Counted from the first letter of the stretch, positions 37,487-50,387 are shown. The stretch is DNA of 64,000 nt from Octopus vulgaris (GCA_951406725.2 OX597814.1:163246001-163310000); one strand, 5' to 3'. Numbers and translations are program-made. The notes: generated by a model not told the origin, from the letters alone.

Positions 37487-38389
37487 TTAAATATTGCTGC
37501 ATTTCACATAGAATCTTTGGTCCTCCAAAGTTGTCTACGTTAAACTTTTTTTTTTTTACTCTAAATTTTAGTCTGAAAAATTTAACTTCAGTGCTCCTTT
37601 TCAGAATATTGAGAATGGCTATTCCTCTGTTAGAAATAATGTTGTTTTCTTTCATGCTAAAACTTTCACATTTGCTAAATTAACCTATAGACCTCTTGAT
37701 TCACTTTTGTTAGTTTAACTTGTAGGCCTTAGAACTATTTTTCCGACTGATGTGGCTATGAGAAAAATGGGTCATTGACAAACAGGAGTTTTCAAGAGCA
37801 GACAGTCCTAAACCCTTCTGTTATGGCCTTCTGAACTATAATAAACATGATGGAGCTCCAACAGCCGAACCTTCATTGACACCTAACAGCAAGCTAAATT
37901 TCTCACTGAATTTATTTCTGTCACCATGGTGATAGCACTTATGTACATCAATTGCAACCACCAGATTGTAGAGTGTAATATTGTCAAAAGCTTTTTACTG
38001 GCCATTGGATGGTGCTCTCTCTTTTAGTATATAAATGCATTTTTAACCAAAAGTATTAATTGAAATTATGATTGTATTTGTCAGAGTGTAATTGAATTCA
38101 TTAAAAACTCTTCGACATTGTCAGGTCCAGTGGCCAACCTACTTGGTTTGAAGCAACTTGGAGATGATTTTACACTTGGTGTATATGTGTATGTAGTAAG
38201 GAGCCTGGTAAAATGAAAAGCTGTATTTTATTTTTTGCATTGTTAAGACTTTCTGCTCTCTTTCTCTAATTTATACCATCATCATTTAACTTTCACTTTT
38301 CCTTGCTTGCATGGTGTCAAACAGTATCTGTTGAGGCAGATTTTGAACAGTTGAATATAATTTGTGTCACTATATATATATATATATAT

Positions 38390-38652
38390 CTTTTACTTGT
38401 TTCAGTTGTTTCACTGTGGCTATGCTGGGCCATTGCCATTAAGGGTTTTAGTCAAACAGATTGACTCTAGGACTTTTTAAAAGTCTAGTAATTAGTCTAT
38501 CAGTCACTTTTGTGATGGTGAGGAGACAAGCACAGACACACAAAAACATGCATACATATATATATTTGATGGGCTTCTTTCAGTTTCCATCCACCAAATC
38601 CACTCACAAGGCTTTGGTCAGCCCGACGCTATAGTAGAAGACACTTGCCCAA
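38390..38652 (-). mobile_element. SINE, partial
   Basis: Same family as 47296-47700. Confidence 0.8.
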
Positions 38653-38701
38653 TTGATGTAATATAATGTGTGTGTATATATATAATGTATATATATGTAT
38701 A

Positions 38702-38735
<34 letters not shown>

Positions 38736-38744
38736 AAATAGATG

Positions 38745-38988
38745 CGTCCTTTTAAAGCCTAGCGAGGCTCATGGGCCCGGTTTCCTGGTTTCTATGGTGT
38801 ATGTGTTCCCCAGCTGGACGGGACGCCAGTCCATCGCAGCATTACTCACTTTTGCCAGCTGAGTGGACTCGAGCAACATGAAGTGAAGTGTTTTGCTCAA
38901 GAACACGTGTCAACCAGTCCAGGAATCAAAACCACAATTTTACGATCATGATGCTGACACCCTAACCACTAAGCCACGTGCCTCCACT
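38745..38988 (-). mobile_element. tRNA-derived SINE
   Basis: Reverse strand GTGGAGGCACGTGGCTTAGTGGTTAGGGTGTCAG...GGTTTTGATTCCTGGAC. Confidence 0.85.
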
Positions 38989-39339
38989 ATATATATATAT
39001 ATTATATTAAATTAGAGATAAAACTACTACTAGGCAAATCAAACAGTGAAAATCATAAGCCAATACATAGAAATAAAATTAATTAAAAAATATATAAAAA
39101 ATATAAAATATAAAAATCCAATTAAAATATTTAAATTAAAGTTAAAAATTTTAAAAAATTATTTAAATTAATAATTTAAACTTATAAATTATAAATATAT
39201 ATATATATTTTTATTATTATTTTATTTAATTTTTTTTATTTTTATCTATATTTTTTTTATATTTTTATATATATTTTTTTTTTATAAACTATTTATTTAT
39301 TTTTTTATAAACTATCAAAAAGTATTAAAAGTTTAATAA

Positions 39340-39885
39340 GATTGCCAGCCTCGTGTGGCACATAAAAAACACCATCCGAGCGTGGCCGTCTGCCAGCCTC
39401 GTCTGGCACCTGTGTTGGTGGCACATAAAATCACCCACTACACTCTCGGAGTGGTTGGCGTTAGGAAGGGCATCCAGCTGTAGAAACACTGCCAGATCTG
39501 ACTGGCCTGGTGCAGCCTTTGGGCTTGCCAGACCCCAGTTGAAATGTCCAACCCATGCTAGCATGGAAAGCGGACGTTAAACGATGATGATGATGATGAT
39601 GATATGCCGCCTCGACTGGCTTCCGTGCAGGTGGCACGTAAAATGCACCAATCTGACCGTGGCCGATGCCAGCCTCGCCTGGCACCAGTGCAGGTGGCAC
39701 GTAAAAAGCACCCACTACACTCACGGAGTGGTTGGCGTTAGGAAGGGCATCCAGCTGTAGAAACATTGCCAGATAAGACCGGAGCCTGGTGCAGCCTTCT
39801 GGCTTCCCAGATCCCCGGTCGAACCGTCCAACCCATGCTAGCATGGAGAACGGACGTTAAACGATGATTATGATGATGATGATGA
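39340..39885 (+). mobile_element. Two tandem RTE 3'-tail copies, each ending in (GAT)n
   Basis: 39340-39603 and 39604-39885 each end ...CCCATGCTAGCATGG..CGGACGTTAAACGATGAT. Confidence 0.9.
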
Positions 39886-39906
39886 TATATAATGTATATT
39901 TAAATA

Positions 39907-40830
39907 CTAGCAGTAAAACCTGTCGTTGATCAGGTAATTACTTTTACTGTTTATCTGGAGCCACATTGAATTCATTATTATATGTATAATTTACTCCTCC
40001 TGTATGTGTACATTTTTAGAAGAGAAAATTATGTAATAATTGAAGTAGAAGAAAGATCAATATCATTCTTTGTTGGCTATCTGTTTGCAGTTTCTTGTGT
40101 TGTTTCTTGCATATGATGTGATGCTTTTCGAAGACAATCAGCTGTAAATTATGCATGTCTTTTGTCTTCGTTTTCTGCTGCACATCGAGTTGTCATCCTT
40201 TTTTTGCAAGTGGTGCATTTCGTTGATGTCCAGTTTCAGATGCACGGTGAGCTTTCATTCTCTGTCGCTGATCTGCAAGTCATGCGCATATCTCATCTTT
40301 TCTGATGCACATCGTGCATTTGTTTGGTGTTTGTTTTGTGATGGTCTTTTTTTTTTTATGAGACATTTTTTTGATAATACATATCAGTAAGTAATAGTGA
40401 AATGAAATTTGGACGCTATGTTACAGTAATGCAAGGAGAATAGGTATATCATATAGAAAAATAGCTTAAGGGAATGAGAAATGTTTTTCATAAGGAATAT
40501 TAGTAAGTTGTAGTGAAATGAAAGTACAAATGTTGTGTAAATATCAGTAAGAAATAGTTAAATGAATTTACTAATGCTGAATGGTGTCAGTGTTTTTGCT
40601 GAAATTCCGACGCTATATTACAGAAATGCAAGGGAAGGGCGTTGTGTGGTTGTCCTTTTGCTGGTGTGTTGATGATTTTCATTTCACTGTGAATTTGTGT
40701 CTGTTTGTGTATGGCTTCACTGTCAGATTGCCTCTGCTTGTGTGAAAGAAATTTGTATATTTATATCTGAATGGAGAAGTTAGAAAAATAGGTTTATCTG
40801 AAACATAAATGAATATACATGTGTGTATGT
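39907..40830 (-). mobile_element. Helitron-like non-autonomous element
   Basis: Reverse strand 3' hairpin ACCTG-atcaacga-CAGGT followed by ...CTGCTAG|T; internal direct repeats; 5' end uncertain. Confidence 0.55.
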
Positions 40831-41142
40831 GTTCTTTTAGAGAGAGAGAAAGAGAGACACAGATAAAAAAAATAGCAGCTCCATTTCTTTAGAATTCTTT
40901 AGAAAACATCCACTCTTATAATTTATTATTTTTTTCTTTCTTTTCACCTCTTACTTGTTTCAGTTATTAGATTGTGACCATGACCTTGTAGAAATTTTAG
41001 TTGGACGTATTGACCTCAGAGTGGGTTTTTTTTAATTTTTACTTGTGGCAGTCATTAGAGAGAGAGAGAGAGAGAGATTGACTGTGTTTAATTATGCAGA
41101 GCAGACCATCCTTGAATAAATAAATGAATAAATATATATATA

Positions 41143-42832
41143 TTGTGCCAAGTAGAAGCACCACTGATGCTATATTCCTCGTATGGCAACTGCAGGAGAA
41201 ATACCTCGCCAAAGATAAATCCCTATACTTGACTTTTGTTGACTTGGAGAAAACCTTTGACAGGGTCCCCTGATCCCTTATCTGGTGGGTGATGCAGAAG
41301 CTGGGATTATCGAGTGGTTAATAAGAGCTGTACAGGAATGCTGTTTGTAAGGTAAGGGTCAGCAATGAGTATAGTGAAGAATTCTGGGTAGAAGTAGGGG
41401 TTCACCAAGGATTAGCCCTCACCTCCCTCTTATTCATCATAATCCTCCAGGCAATAACAGAGGAATTCAAGACAGGTTGCCCCTGGGAGCTCCTCTATGC
41501 TGATGACCTTGCTCTCATAGCGGAATCACTACCACAACTAGAGAAGAAATTTCAGGTGAGGAAGCAAGGTTTAGAATTGAACGGCTTTAGAGTCAATGTT
41601 GCGCAAACCAAAGTCCTAGTAAGTAGGAAGACACACACATCACAAACCCCTTCAAGTAGATGGCCCTGCTCGATCTGTAGAAAAGGCGTTGGTAGAAACT
41701 CCATAAGGTGTACCTACTGTAAGCTATGGACACATAGGAGGTGCAGCAACATCGAAGGAAGGTTAATCAGAATGATAGTTTTTGTGTGCGGCAGATGCAC
41801 AGGAGTAATAAACACCACAGGTGCTCAGAAAACTGATTCCGTCACATGCCAGGGGGAGAAACTAGAAGTAGTTGATAGCTTCTGCTACCTAGGTGACCAA
41901 GTCTTTAGTGGGGGTGGATGCTTGAAGAGCGTTGCCACTAGAAAAAGAATAGCTTGGGTAAAGTTCAGAAAGCTCTTACCTCTACTGGTGACAAATGGCC
42001 TCTTGCTCAGAGTGAAAGGTAGATTGTATGATGCATGTGTGCGAACTGCCATGCTACACGGCAGTGAAACATGGGCCATGACTGCTGAAGACATGCGTGG
42101 GCTTGAAAGAAATGAAGTTAGTATGATCCGCTGGATATGTAATGTCAGTGTGCATACACAACAGAGTGTAAGCACCCTGAGAGAAATGTTGGACATAAGA
42201 ATCATCAGATGTAGTGTGCAAGAGACACGACTGCACTGGTATGGTCATGTGCTGCATATGGGTGAGGACAGCTGTGTGAAGAAGTATCACTCCCTAACAG
42301 TGGAAGGAACCTGTGGAAGAGAGAGACCCAGGAAGACATGGGATGATGTGGGGAAGCATGACCATCGAACGTTGGGTCTCATGGAGGCAATGATGAAAGA
42401 CCAAGACCTCTGGAGATATGCTGTGATTGAGAAGACTGGCAAGTAAAGTGAGATCACAGCCGTAGCCTACACCAGTGTTGCATAACCAGCCCATTTAAAA
42501 AGTACCTTTGAATTGTCGGGCAACAAAATCAAATCAAATCTAATATCAATCAAATGGAAATTGTAGCTGTGGCCAATGCCAGTGCTACCTGACTGGTTTC
42601 TGTGCTAGTAGCACACAATAAGCACCATACATGCATGGATCATTGCCAGTTCTGCTTGACTGGCTCCTGTGCCGGTAGCATGTAAAAGAGTGGTAGGCAT
42701 TCGGAAGGGCATCCAGCAGTAGAAACATTGCCAGATCAGATTGGAGCATTGTGCAGCCTCCTGGCTTGCCAGTCCCCAGTCAAACCGTCCAACCCATGCC
42801 AGCATGGAAAATGGACGTTAAACAATGATGAT
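41143..42832 (+). mobile_element. RTE LINE, 5'-truncated RT pseudogene with PHD-like insert and 3' tail
   Basis: STTDAIF, FVDLEKTFDRVP*, GVHQG, LLYADDL, then the 296-aa ORF to 42446 and the shared RTE tail. Confidence 0.95.
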
Positions 42833-43095
42833 TGTGTGGTGGTTGTCGTCATTTTGAACACTGACCATTCTTGCCACAGTACAATTTTCGGCCAAATAGA
42901 AAGGCAGAAAGATAAAGAGAGAGAGAGAGAGAGATTGAAAGGTATCGATTCTTTGAAAAGTTTGGCACTTTAGCTTTGGTCACACTGTCATCATCATTAT
43001 CATCACCATAGTTAAAGTGTGAAAGTGTACAAAACACCCATGCTTATAAATGAGATGGTTTCTCAATTATGTTTTGTGGGACAAAGACAGAATCT

Positions 43096-43133
<38 letters not shown>

Positions 43134-43137
43134 GTAT

Positions 43138-43346
43138 GTGTGTATTTGCATCTGTGTTTGTCTCCCCACCATCGCTTGACAACCGATGTTGGTGTGTTTA
43201 CGACCCCTGTAACTTAATGGTTCAGCAAAAGAGACCAACAGAATAATAACTAAGCTTACAAAGAAGAAGTCTTGGGATCGATTTGTTCAACTAACGACAG
43301 TGCTCCAGCATGGCCACATTCAAAGACTGAAACAAATAAAAGAATA
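43138..43346 (+). mobile_element. SINE 3' part
   Basis: ATCGCTTGACAACCGATG...CCAGCATGGCC...ACTGAAAC. Confidence 0.85.
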
Positions 43347-43358
43347 TGTATATATATA

Positions 43359-44168
43359 CTAGCTGAGATATCTGGTAATAGCCAGGAGTAGGGATATTCC
43401 CAGTACCCATTACAATGCCTAATTTCTCTCAGATGAAAAATGACATTAAGACATAGGACAGATAAAAGAAGGCGTCAGCAAATTCATTCATGAAACGATA
43501 ATACAAATAAATATGTATGGAATCGGAAAATGACAATCAGATGAGTGGAAAGCTGCAAATATATAATCAATGGAAATATCAAGAAGCGAATTGTAAAGGA
43601 GTGCTATGAAATAAAAGAACTTAAAAGTTTGAAAAGTAAACAAAAAATTATTTACTGAAAAAGCACTTAATTTGACAACTGTGTTCCATAAATACGTTAC
43701 ATGTTTTAGCACACAATGCTGCAACATTTAGAATCAATAATTTTAAGTGCAGGTGTTAAGAAAATACGTCTTACAGCAACCTGAGAATGCTGAAATAATT
43801 GATGAACATTTTAACCCCACAACAATTTAGGCCAAATTTCATTAATCAGTTAATCAAAAATCCTCTTATGCTTTGCTTGAGTAGCTAAGGTAAAACTTTA
43901 TTTATCTCATCCATTCTTAGTGCATATTCCATCTGTATAAAATTTCAAGGAAATCGGTTGAAAACTTCAAAAGTTTTGGCAGAAAATAACATTAATATGA
44001 GAATTTGTGTTGAAAAATCGATACTGGTTGAAGATTATCAATTTTTTAGAAATTCTTAGTGTGTAAGTGACCACATGGGCATAAGCTCCATACACATATC
44101 AAGTTTCATCAAGGTCAGTTGGATAGTGTCAGAGGAGTTAGAGTAACATTCACAAACACACACACATC
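43359..44168 (-). mobile_element. Non-autonomous Helitron
   Basis: Reverse strand 3' hairpin CTGG-ctatta-CCAG then ...CAGCTAG|T; internal AAATTTCA..GAAATCGG-type motifs near the other end. Confidence 0.65.
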
Positions 44169-44639
44169 CAATGGTGGATAAGATGTCCTCCACATGAGAA
44201 TATCCACTGTTTTAAAAAACTGATGTAAGATCCTGAACCTTCTATAAGAGTTAAGGTTCATGTAGTAACTTAACGCAAATCTGAACCCCCAAAAGTATTC
44301 ACAAGTTAAGAGGGGGTAAACCTTGTGTATAAGTAGTAGTTTGATTGTTAGTATATCTATGATTATGCATGATATACTGAATAGAAAATGCTTGAGAAAT
44401 GAAATGCACTTAACTATTTAAAACCTGAAACGCTGAGGAATTAAATCAACAAATTGAAATTATAAGTTTTAACAAATGAAAACGAATTGTATGAAATGCA
44501 GAATTAGCAAATGCTAATGAGATTACTGTTGTCTGTTTATACCCATGAAACATTTTTCATCAAATTAAAATCTATAATCATGGGTGGGACCAATTTGATG
44601 GAAAAATGACGAGAGTCTGGTTATGAACCCATGTCGTCA

Positions 44640-45374
44640 TTTTTGTCCATGTGCATAAAAAAGAAGCTTGTAGATGTGAAATTTGTGTTTTTGTGATCAC
44701 TTGTAATGCTGTAGTCTGCAATTTTGTCATGAAAAGGAACAAAAAGCTAAAGTGAAATTTTGTGTTAAACTTGGCAAGTCTGCTACTGAGACATTGAGCA
44801 TTCTTCAGTAACCTTACAGCGATAAAGCAATGGGTCATATGTAATGTTTCAAGTGGTAAGGGCTCTTCAAAAACGGAAGAGTGACCTGCTATGACCATCA
44901 CCCCCAGGAATTAGTATTGTGCATCAAGAATTCATCCCCCACAGCCAGACCATCAATTGAGAGTTCTATGCTGATGTTTTGAAGTGTTTGAGGGAGGACA
45001 TTTGGCAAAAATGACTGGATCTGTGGAGCATGAAGAATTGGATGCTTCACTGAGCTCTCCTCTCTTGTAAGTTTCTCACCAAAAACAACATGGTATCGCT
45101 TCTACACCCATCCTATTCACCAAAGAGGAAAACGCAGCTCAAAGGTTGCCATTTTAACACTGTTGTCGAGACCCAGAGCAAATTGCAAAATTTCCTCGAC
45201 TCCCTTACGGAAAATGGCTTCCAGGCCAGATTCCAAAAGTGGCAGGAATGCTGGGATTGATGTATTGCTACACAAGGTGACTATTTTGAAGGAGATGATG
45301 TTAAAATTTAGGTAAATAAGTTACTTTTTATTAAACATAACTAGCCTGGGAACAACCTTTTGATACCACCTCGT
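44640..45374 (+). mobile_element. Internally deleted mariner transposon
   Basis: VKFCVKLGKSATET, VHQEFIP..QTIN.EFY, HPSYSP, CIATQGDYFEGD, then TIR-like TTTGATACCACCTCGTG. Confidence 0.9.
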
Positions 45375-46222
45375 GTGTGTGTGTGTATATATATATATAT
45401 GAAGTACCAGGCCTAAAATGAAAATAAATATGGGGATTGATTAATTTGACTAAGATTCTTCATGGCGATGTTCCAGCAAGGCCACAGTCAAAATAATAAA
45501 ATTCTCTGTCTTCCTTACTCACTTTTCCTGTAACCTTAAGAGCTTCTTCAATCTGGGAATGACAGCCAAATGTTTTTCAATGGCACAAAGACTCATCAAT
45601 ACGCATTCTTGACATAGTCTTTAATCTTTTCACCATCTCTACACAAAACCACTACATTCTTCCAAATCACTACAAATGCTTAAATCTCTCAATATCTAAT
45701 GGTCTATCACCATGACCCTCATATAATGAAACATCAAAACTCCATCCACTAAGACTAGAATTTCTTCTTTAGAGAACCAGGATATATTTCAGTACTGATC
45801 AATTTGGTAATCTACAAATCTCATTCATCTAAGCCCCACTTACATCTATGGGACTGAGAGAGACAGAATGAAAAGCAGGCCATTTGACAGATTGGTAGTG
45901 ATTCAGTTCCAATGTTTCTTTTTTATTTTGTTTTCTCTATTGCTACAATGAATCTCCTCACTACATTCCCACTTCTGAGCTAGCTAGTTACAATTCTTCT
46001 TCACCTGCTGTTCTTCTACCTTCACCTTTGTTGTGTTTCACCTCATGCCACCACTATCACTACCACATTCTTCCTCCTGACACTGATCTCCACATGTTCA
46101 TCTTAACAACTGAACAACAACCAATCACCCCAGGCTAGGTGGCCTTTCAAAGGTCACATATAAATATCATCATTACTTCCATGCTGTCTTCCATACTGGC
46201 ATGGATATATATATATATATAT

Positions 46223-46626
46223 ACAATTTATAAGTAAGAGCAAAAGAAAAAATTTCTAATGCCAAAATATGCCGAAAATAGACACAACATAAGCCGGTGT
46301 CGCTGCTGACAAAGGCTTATTTCAAAAACATTTGAAAACCAGTGGATGAATTCCACTGAAATTAGGTAAATAAGCCTTGGAACAGCAGTGATGCCTGCTG
46401 GGTTTGGCTACTCTGCATTGATAAAGAGCAAATACCCTGAAACATATCTGCAGATGCCTGACCAGCAAGGGGAAGCGGCTGACCTACCCTGTACGAAGGT
46501 TATAATGGACACAGGTTCATGTGTCATATAGCTAGCTAGAGGCAATGGCCTCTTGGAGCTAATCAAGGGCAGCTTTCGCCCTATATTTATGAACTGCCAT
46601 ATTAGTTTGGTGATAACTGTTAATAG
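46223..46626 (+). mobile_element. ~400-nt highly structured non-coding element with hammerhead motif, inserted in (TA)n
   Basis: Multiple hairpins with G-U pairs, hammerhead at 46412-46454, (TA)n on both flanks, no ORF. Confidence 0.7.
46412..46454 (+). ncRNA. Minimal hammerhead ribozyme (U3-A8 variant), slightly decayed
   Basis: Stem I UCUGCA/UGCAGA, core UUGAUAA, stem II AGaG-caaaua-CcCU, GAAA-CAUA-UC. Confidence 0.65.
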
Positions 46627-46799
46627 ATATATATATATAGATAGATAGATAGGTGTATATATATATATATATTATATGTAGAAAAATGCAAACTGGGACA
46701 AGAACGTAAAACATTTAGAAGACGATACAAAAAACACGGACGGGACATTCGAAGCCTTCAATCTTCAGTCAAGAACCGGATCATCCTAGCAATTTATCC

Positions 46800-47230
46800 T
46801 ATAAATAATGCAATTTTTTTATACATTTATTTTTCAAAATTAAGATAAAGTTCTTTTTTAATCTAAAATATACTCTGCTTCATTTTCTACAAAGCTCTTC
46901 CACCTATATAGTAAACTTGCAAGGCCCCTCTTCCAAAATTCACTTGTCCGCGATGTAAAAATACTCCTCCAGTACTCTTCTGACTTTGTCTACAGAATTT
47001 GTATCTTTTCCATCCAAATGATTCTGAAAACTGTTGAATAAATAATTAGATGATGCATGTCTGGCGAATATGGTGGGTGAAGCATCATTTCCCATTCAAA
47101 CTACTCCAACTAAGAATGGTAAAATTACTACCTGCTTTTACAGCAAGTTGATGCAAGTAGTTTATCCTGTCTCCCTCTGACTTTTAGTTCATGCAATTGA
47201 AAAAAACACATTATTTATGGGCTGAACCTA
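46800..47230 (-). mobile_element. Internally deleted mariner element
   Basis: Reverse strand WEMMLHPPYSPD and C-terminal W...VENEAEYILD; TIR-like TAGGTTCAGCCCATAAATAA at the 47230 end. Confidence 0.8.
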
Positions 47231-47295
47231 TGTGTGTGTGTATGCATGTATATATGTATATGTGTGTGTAGGTGGGTATATATGTATATATATAT

Positions 47296-47697
47296 TTACT
47301 CTTTTACTTGTTTCAGTCATTTGACTGCGGCCATGCTGGAGCACCACCTTTATTCGAGCAAATCGACCCCGGGACTTATTCTTTGTAAGCCCAGTACTTA
47401 TTCTATCGGTCTCTTTTGCTGAACCGCTAAGTGACGGGGACGTAAACACACCAGCATCGGTTGTCAAGCAATGCTAGGGGGACAAACACAGACACACAAA
47501 CATATACACACACACTTATATATATATACATATATACGACAGGCTTCTTTCAGTTTCCGTCTACCAAATCCACTCACAAGGCATTGGTCGGCCCAGGGCT
47601 ATAGCAGAAGACACTTGCCCAAGATGCCACGCAGTGGGACTGAACCCGGAACCATGTGGTTGGTTAACAAGCCACTTACCACACAGCCACTCCTGCG

Positions 47698-47700
<3 letters not shown>
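47296..47700 (-). mobile_element. Full-length tRNA-derived SINE
   Basis: Head GGCGCAGGAGTGGCTGTGTGGTAAG...GGGTTCAGTCCC (A/B boxes), internal microsatellite, tail ...ACTGAAACAAGTAAAAGAG. Confidence 0.92.
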
Positions 47701-47757
<57 letters not shown>

Positions 47758-47800
47758 CATCATCATCGTTTAGTGTCCACTTTCCATGCTGGCATGGGTT

Positions 47801-47839
<39 letters not shown>

Positions 47840-47840
<1 letters not shown>

Positions 47841-48680
47841 TTTTATTTTTAACTTGTTTCAGTCATTTGAATGTGGCCAAAGGGCTTTTTAGTTGAAGAA
47901 ATCGACCCCAGGACTTATTTTTTTGTAAGTCTACTACTTTGGTCTCTTTTGCCGAACCACTAAGAGGCAGGGACATAAGCACACCAACACCAGTTGTCAA
48001 GTGGTGATGGGTGAACAAAGACACATACACATAAATATATATACGTACTGTAAATCCTCATGTATAATCCGCATTTTCCCCCAAAAATTTAAAGGTCAAA
48101 ATCCCTAGTGCGTACTATATACAAGGTTAAAAATGAAAATTATTTTCTAAGCAATGTCCGAGTTTCTATTTGCTGTCCAGCAATCTTTATTCAGACGCAT
48201 TTTGTGATGTCAGGAGCGAAAATACCTTAAATCATCCATAACTTGCAGTTAGCAACATTTATTAAACGTTATTACTGTTATTTCTTTATTTTCTGCAAAC
48301 AAAATGCACAAAAAAGCTATACGTGTGCATTATGTTATATATACAATAATAATAAAGGACATTGCGTTTATAGTTTTACAAACCAAAGATGTTATATAGA
48401 CCTCCTTGACTCAATTTAGAGAAGGGGTGCGTATTATACACAAGGTTTAGGTTTTTCAAAGGTACAGCCCCCTAAAAATCCCCTACGTATTATACTCAAG
48501 GGCGGACTATACCTGAGGATTTACGGTATACATATACGACGGGCTTTTAGTTTCTGTCTACCAAAGCCACTCACTAGGCTTTTGTCGGCCCGAGGCTGTC
48601 ATAGAAGGCACTTGCCCAAGGTGTCAAGCTGTGGGACTGAACCTGGAACCATGAGGCTGGGAAGTAAACTTCCTACCACG
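47840..48680 (-). mobile_element. SINE split by a MITE
   Basis: 3' half at 47840-48045 and 5' half at 48529-48680 join into one SINE. Confidence 0.85.
48048..48526. mobile_element. Tc1/mariner-pogo-type MITE
   Basis: TA|CTGTAAATCCTCATGTATAATCCGC ... GCGGACTATACCTGAGGATTTACGG|TA (25-bp TIR, TA TSD). Confidence 0.9.
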
Positions 48681-48819
48681 GAGACTTACATTCAGGACTT
48701 TAAGTTTCTGTGTCATCAGTGATCATTGTATATCTTCGGCTGTTACATGTGGTACAATTAATTGCAAAAAGCACAAAATATATGCATACCTATATTGCAC
48801 TTATATATTTCTTTCTTTC

Positions 48820-49205
48820 TTTTCTTTTACTTGTTTCAGTCATTTGACTGTGGCCATGCTGGAGCACCGCCTTTAGTCGAGCAAATCGACCCCAGGACTT
48901 ATTCTTTGTAAGCCTAGTACTTATTCTATCGGTCTCTTTTTGCCGAACCACTAAGTTACAGATATGTAAGCACACCAGCATCGGTTGTCAAGCGATGTTG
49001 GGAGGACAAACACAGACACACAAACATACACACACATATATATACATATATACGACAGGCTTCTTTCAGTTTCCGTCTACCAAATCCACTCACAAGGCTT
49101 TGGTCGGCCCGAGGCTATAGTAGAAGACACTTGCCCAAGGTGCCACACAGTGGGACTGAACCTGGAACCATGTGGTTGGTAAGCAAGCTACTTACCACAC
49201 AGCCA
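48820..49205 (-). mobile_element. Near full-length SINE
   Basis: High similarity to 47296-47700. Confidence 0.92.
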
Positions 49206-50387
49206 GACTTCTCTTATATTTTCAGTTATATTGAACGTCTTTCCCACACTATGCCCTGTGTTGACTTCGATTCCTGAATAATTCTCTACTCTTATTTGTA
49301 TTTTCCATGTTAAGAGCTCATTAGCTGAAATTAAAATAGTTAATTTTACTTGGTTTCCCTCTAGTGTTTGTCATATTAGCCTGGATTATGTTTACATACA
49401 TCACCACCAAAAAAGAAAAAGAAAAAGCTGTTTGTCATTCTATAGAAGTAGGTCAGTACTTTATCTATAAAACGCCTTTGATCTCCCCATTTCATTTCAA
49501 ACTACAGTTATCAGCCCTGACAAACATCTAATTGTTTATATGTAGTTTGCTTACAAACGATAACTAACCCTTCTCCATCCTCATATGGTGATGGGATGGA
49601 TACTTGGATAAATTACATTCCCTCATCTCTCCTTCTCTTATATACCTTCTACAGACCTTAAAATAAAGGGTTTGTTTTTTTTTATTTTGGCACAGGAGGT
49701 ACTCCAGAAGCTTTCTTACATGTAATTTTCAGTATAGTGTTGTTGTTTTTTATCATAGAAAATCTCGGGTAGTGATTTAGCAGTCTTTCCTGTTGTTCAT
49801 TATTAACTTTTGATTGAGTATTCCAGGCTATCTTACCTGGCAGTTTGCTCACAGCTGCTTTTCTGTATGGACCGAGGGAGGCTTATAACTTTCTCTTCTC
49901 TTTTTTTCTCTCCTCCCTCTCTTCCTCTCTCTTTATTATTTACAGATGTTTGTATCTTGGTTTCATGCAATCTGATCCCGCCCCAGTTTTGTCTTTGTTT
50001 TGTTTTTGTGGTAAACAAGTTTTACAGTCTAATACTTTCCCTATTCTTCTACGTTCATTGGAAAGTAGTCATGAATATTGTAGCCCTGTTATATTGATCT
50101 CTAACGTGAGCACAAGGTCATACGTTTTGTGATAATGATGAAATCTGTTCAATTCTCCCAGTCATTTTATCAGCTTGTTTGAAACAATTGAGTTCAGTAG
50201 AATTTTCAAATTTTTAGGTGCAGCGACTGAAAATCTGGTATAAGGTTATTAGTCTCTCTTATCGGCTTCAGTGACCTCCGTCAGCACTTGACTGGCACTT
50301 GATGATCAGTTGCCCATAACTAGATATGTTTCGACATTTTTCCTCCTATATGTGCATATTAACTAGGAGGTGAGGCAAAATAAGCAT

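Noticed and set aside
39000-39335. Extremely AT-rich quasi-palindrome
   Set aside because: Low complexity; the apparent symmetry is expected by chance from A-rich followed by T-rich tracts.
47600-47700. tRNA-like sequences with A/B boxes
   Set aside because: They are SINE heads continuing into SINE bodies and do not form a complete cloverleaf.
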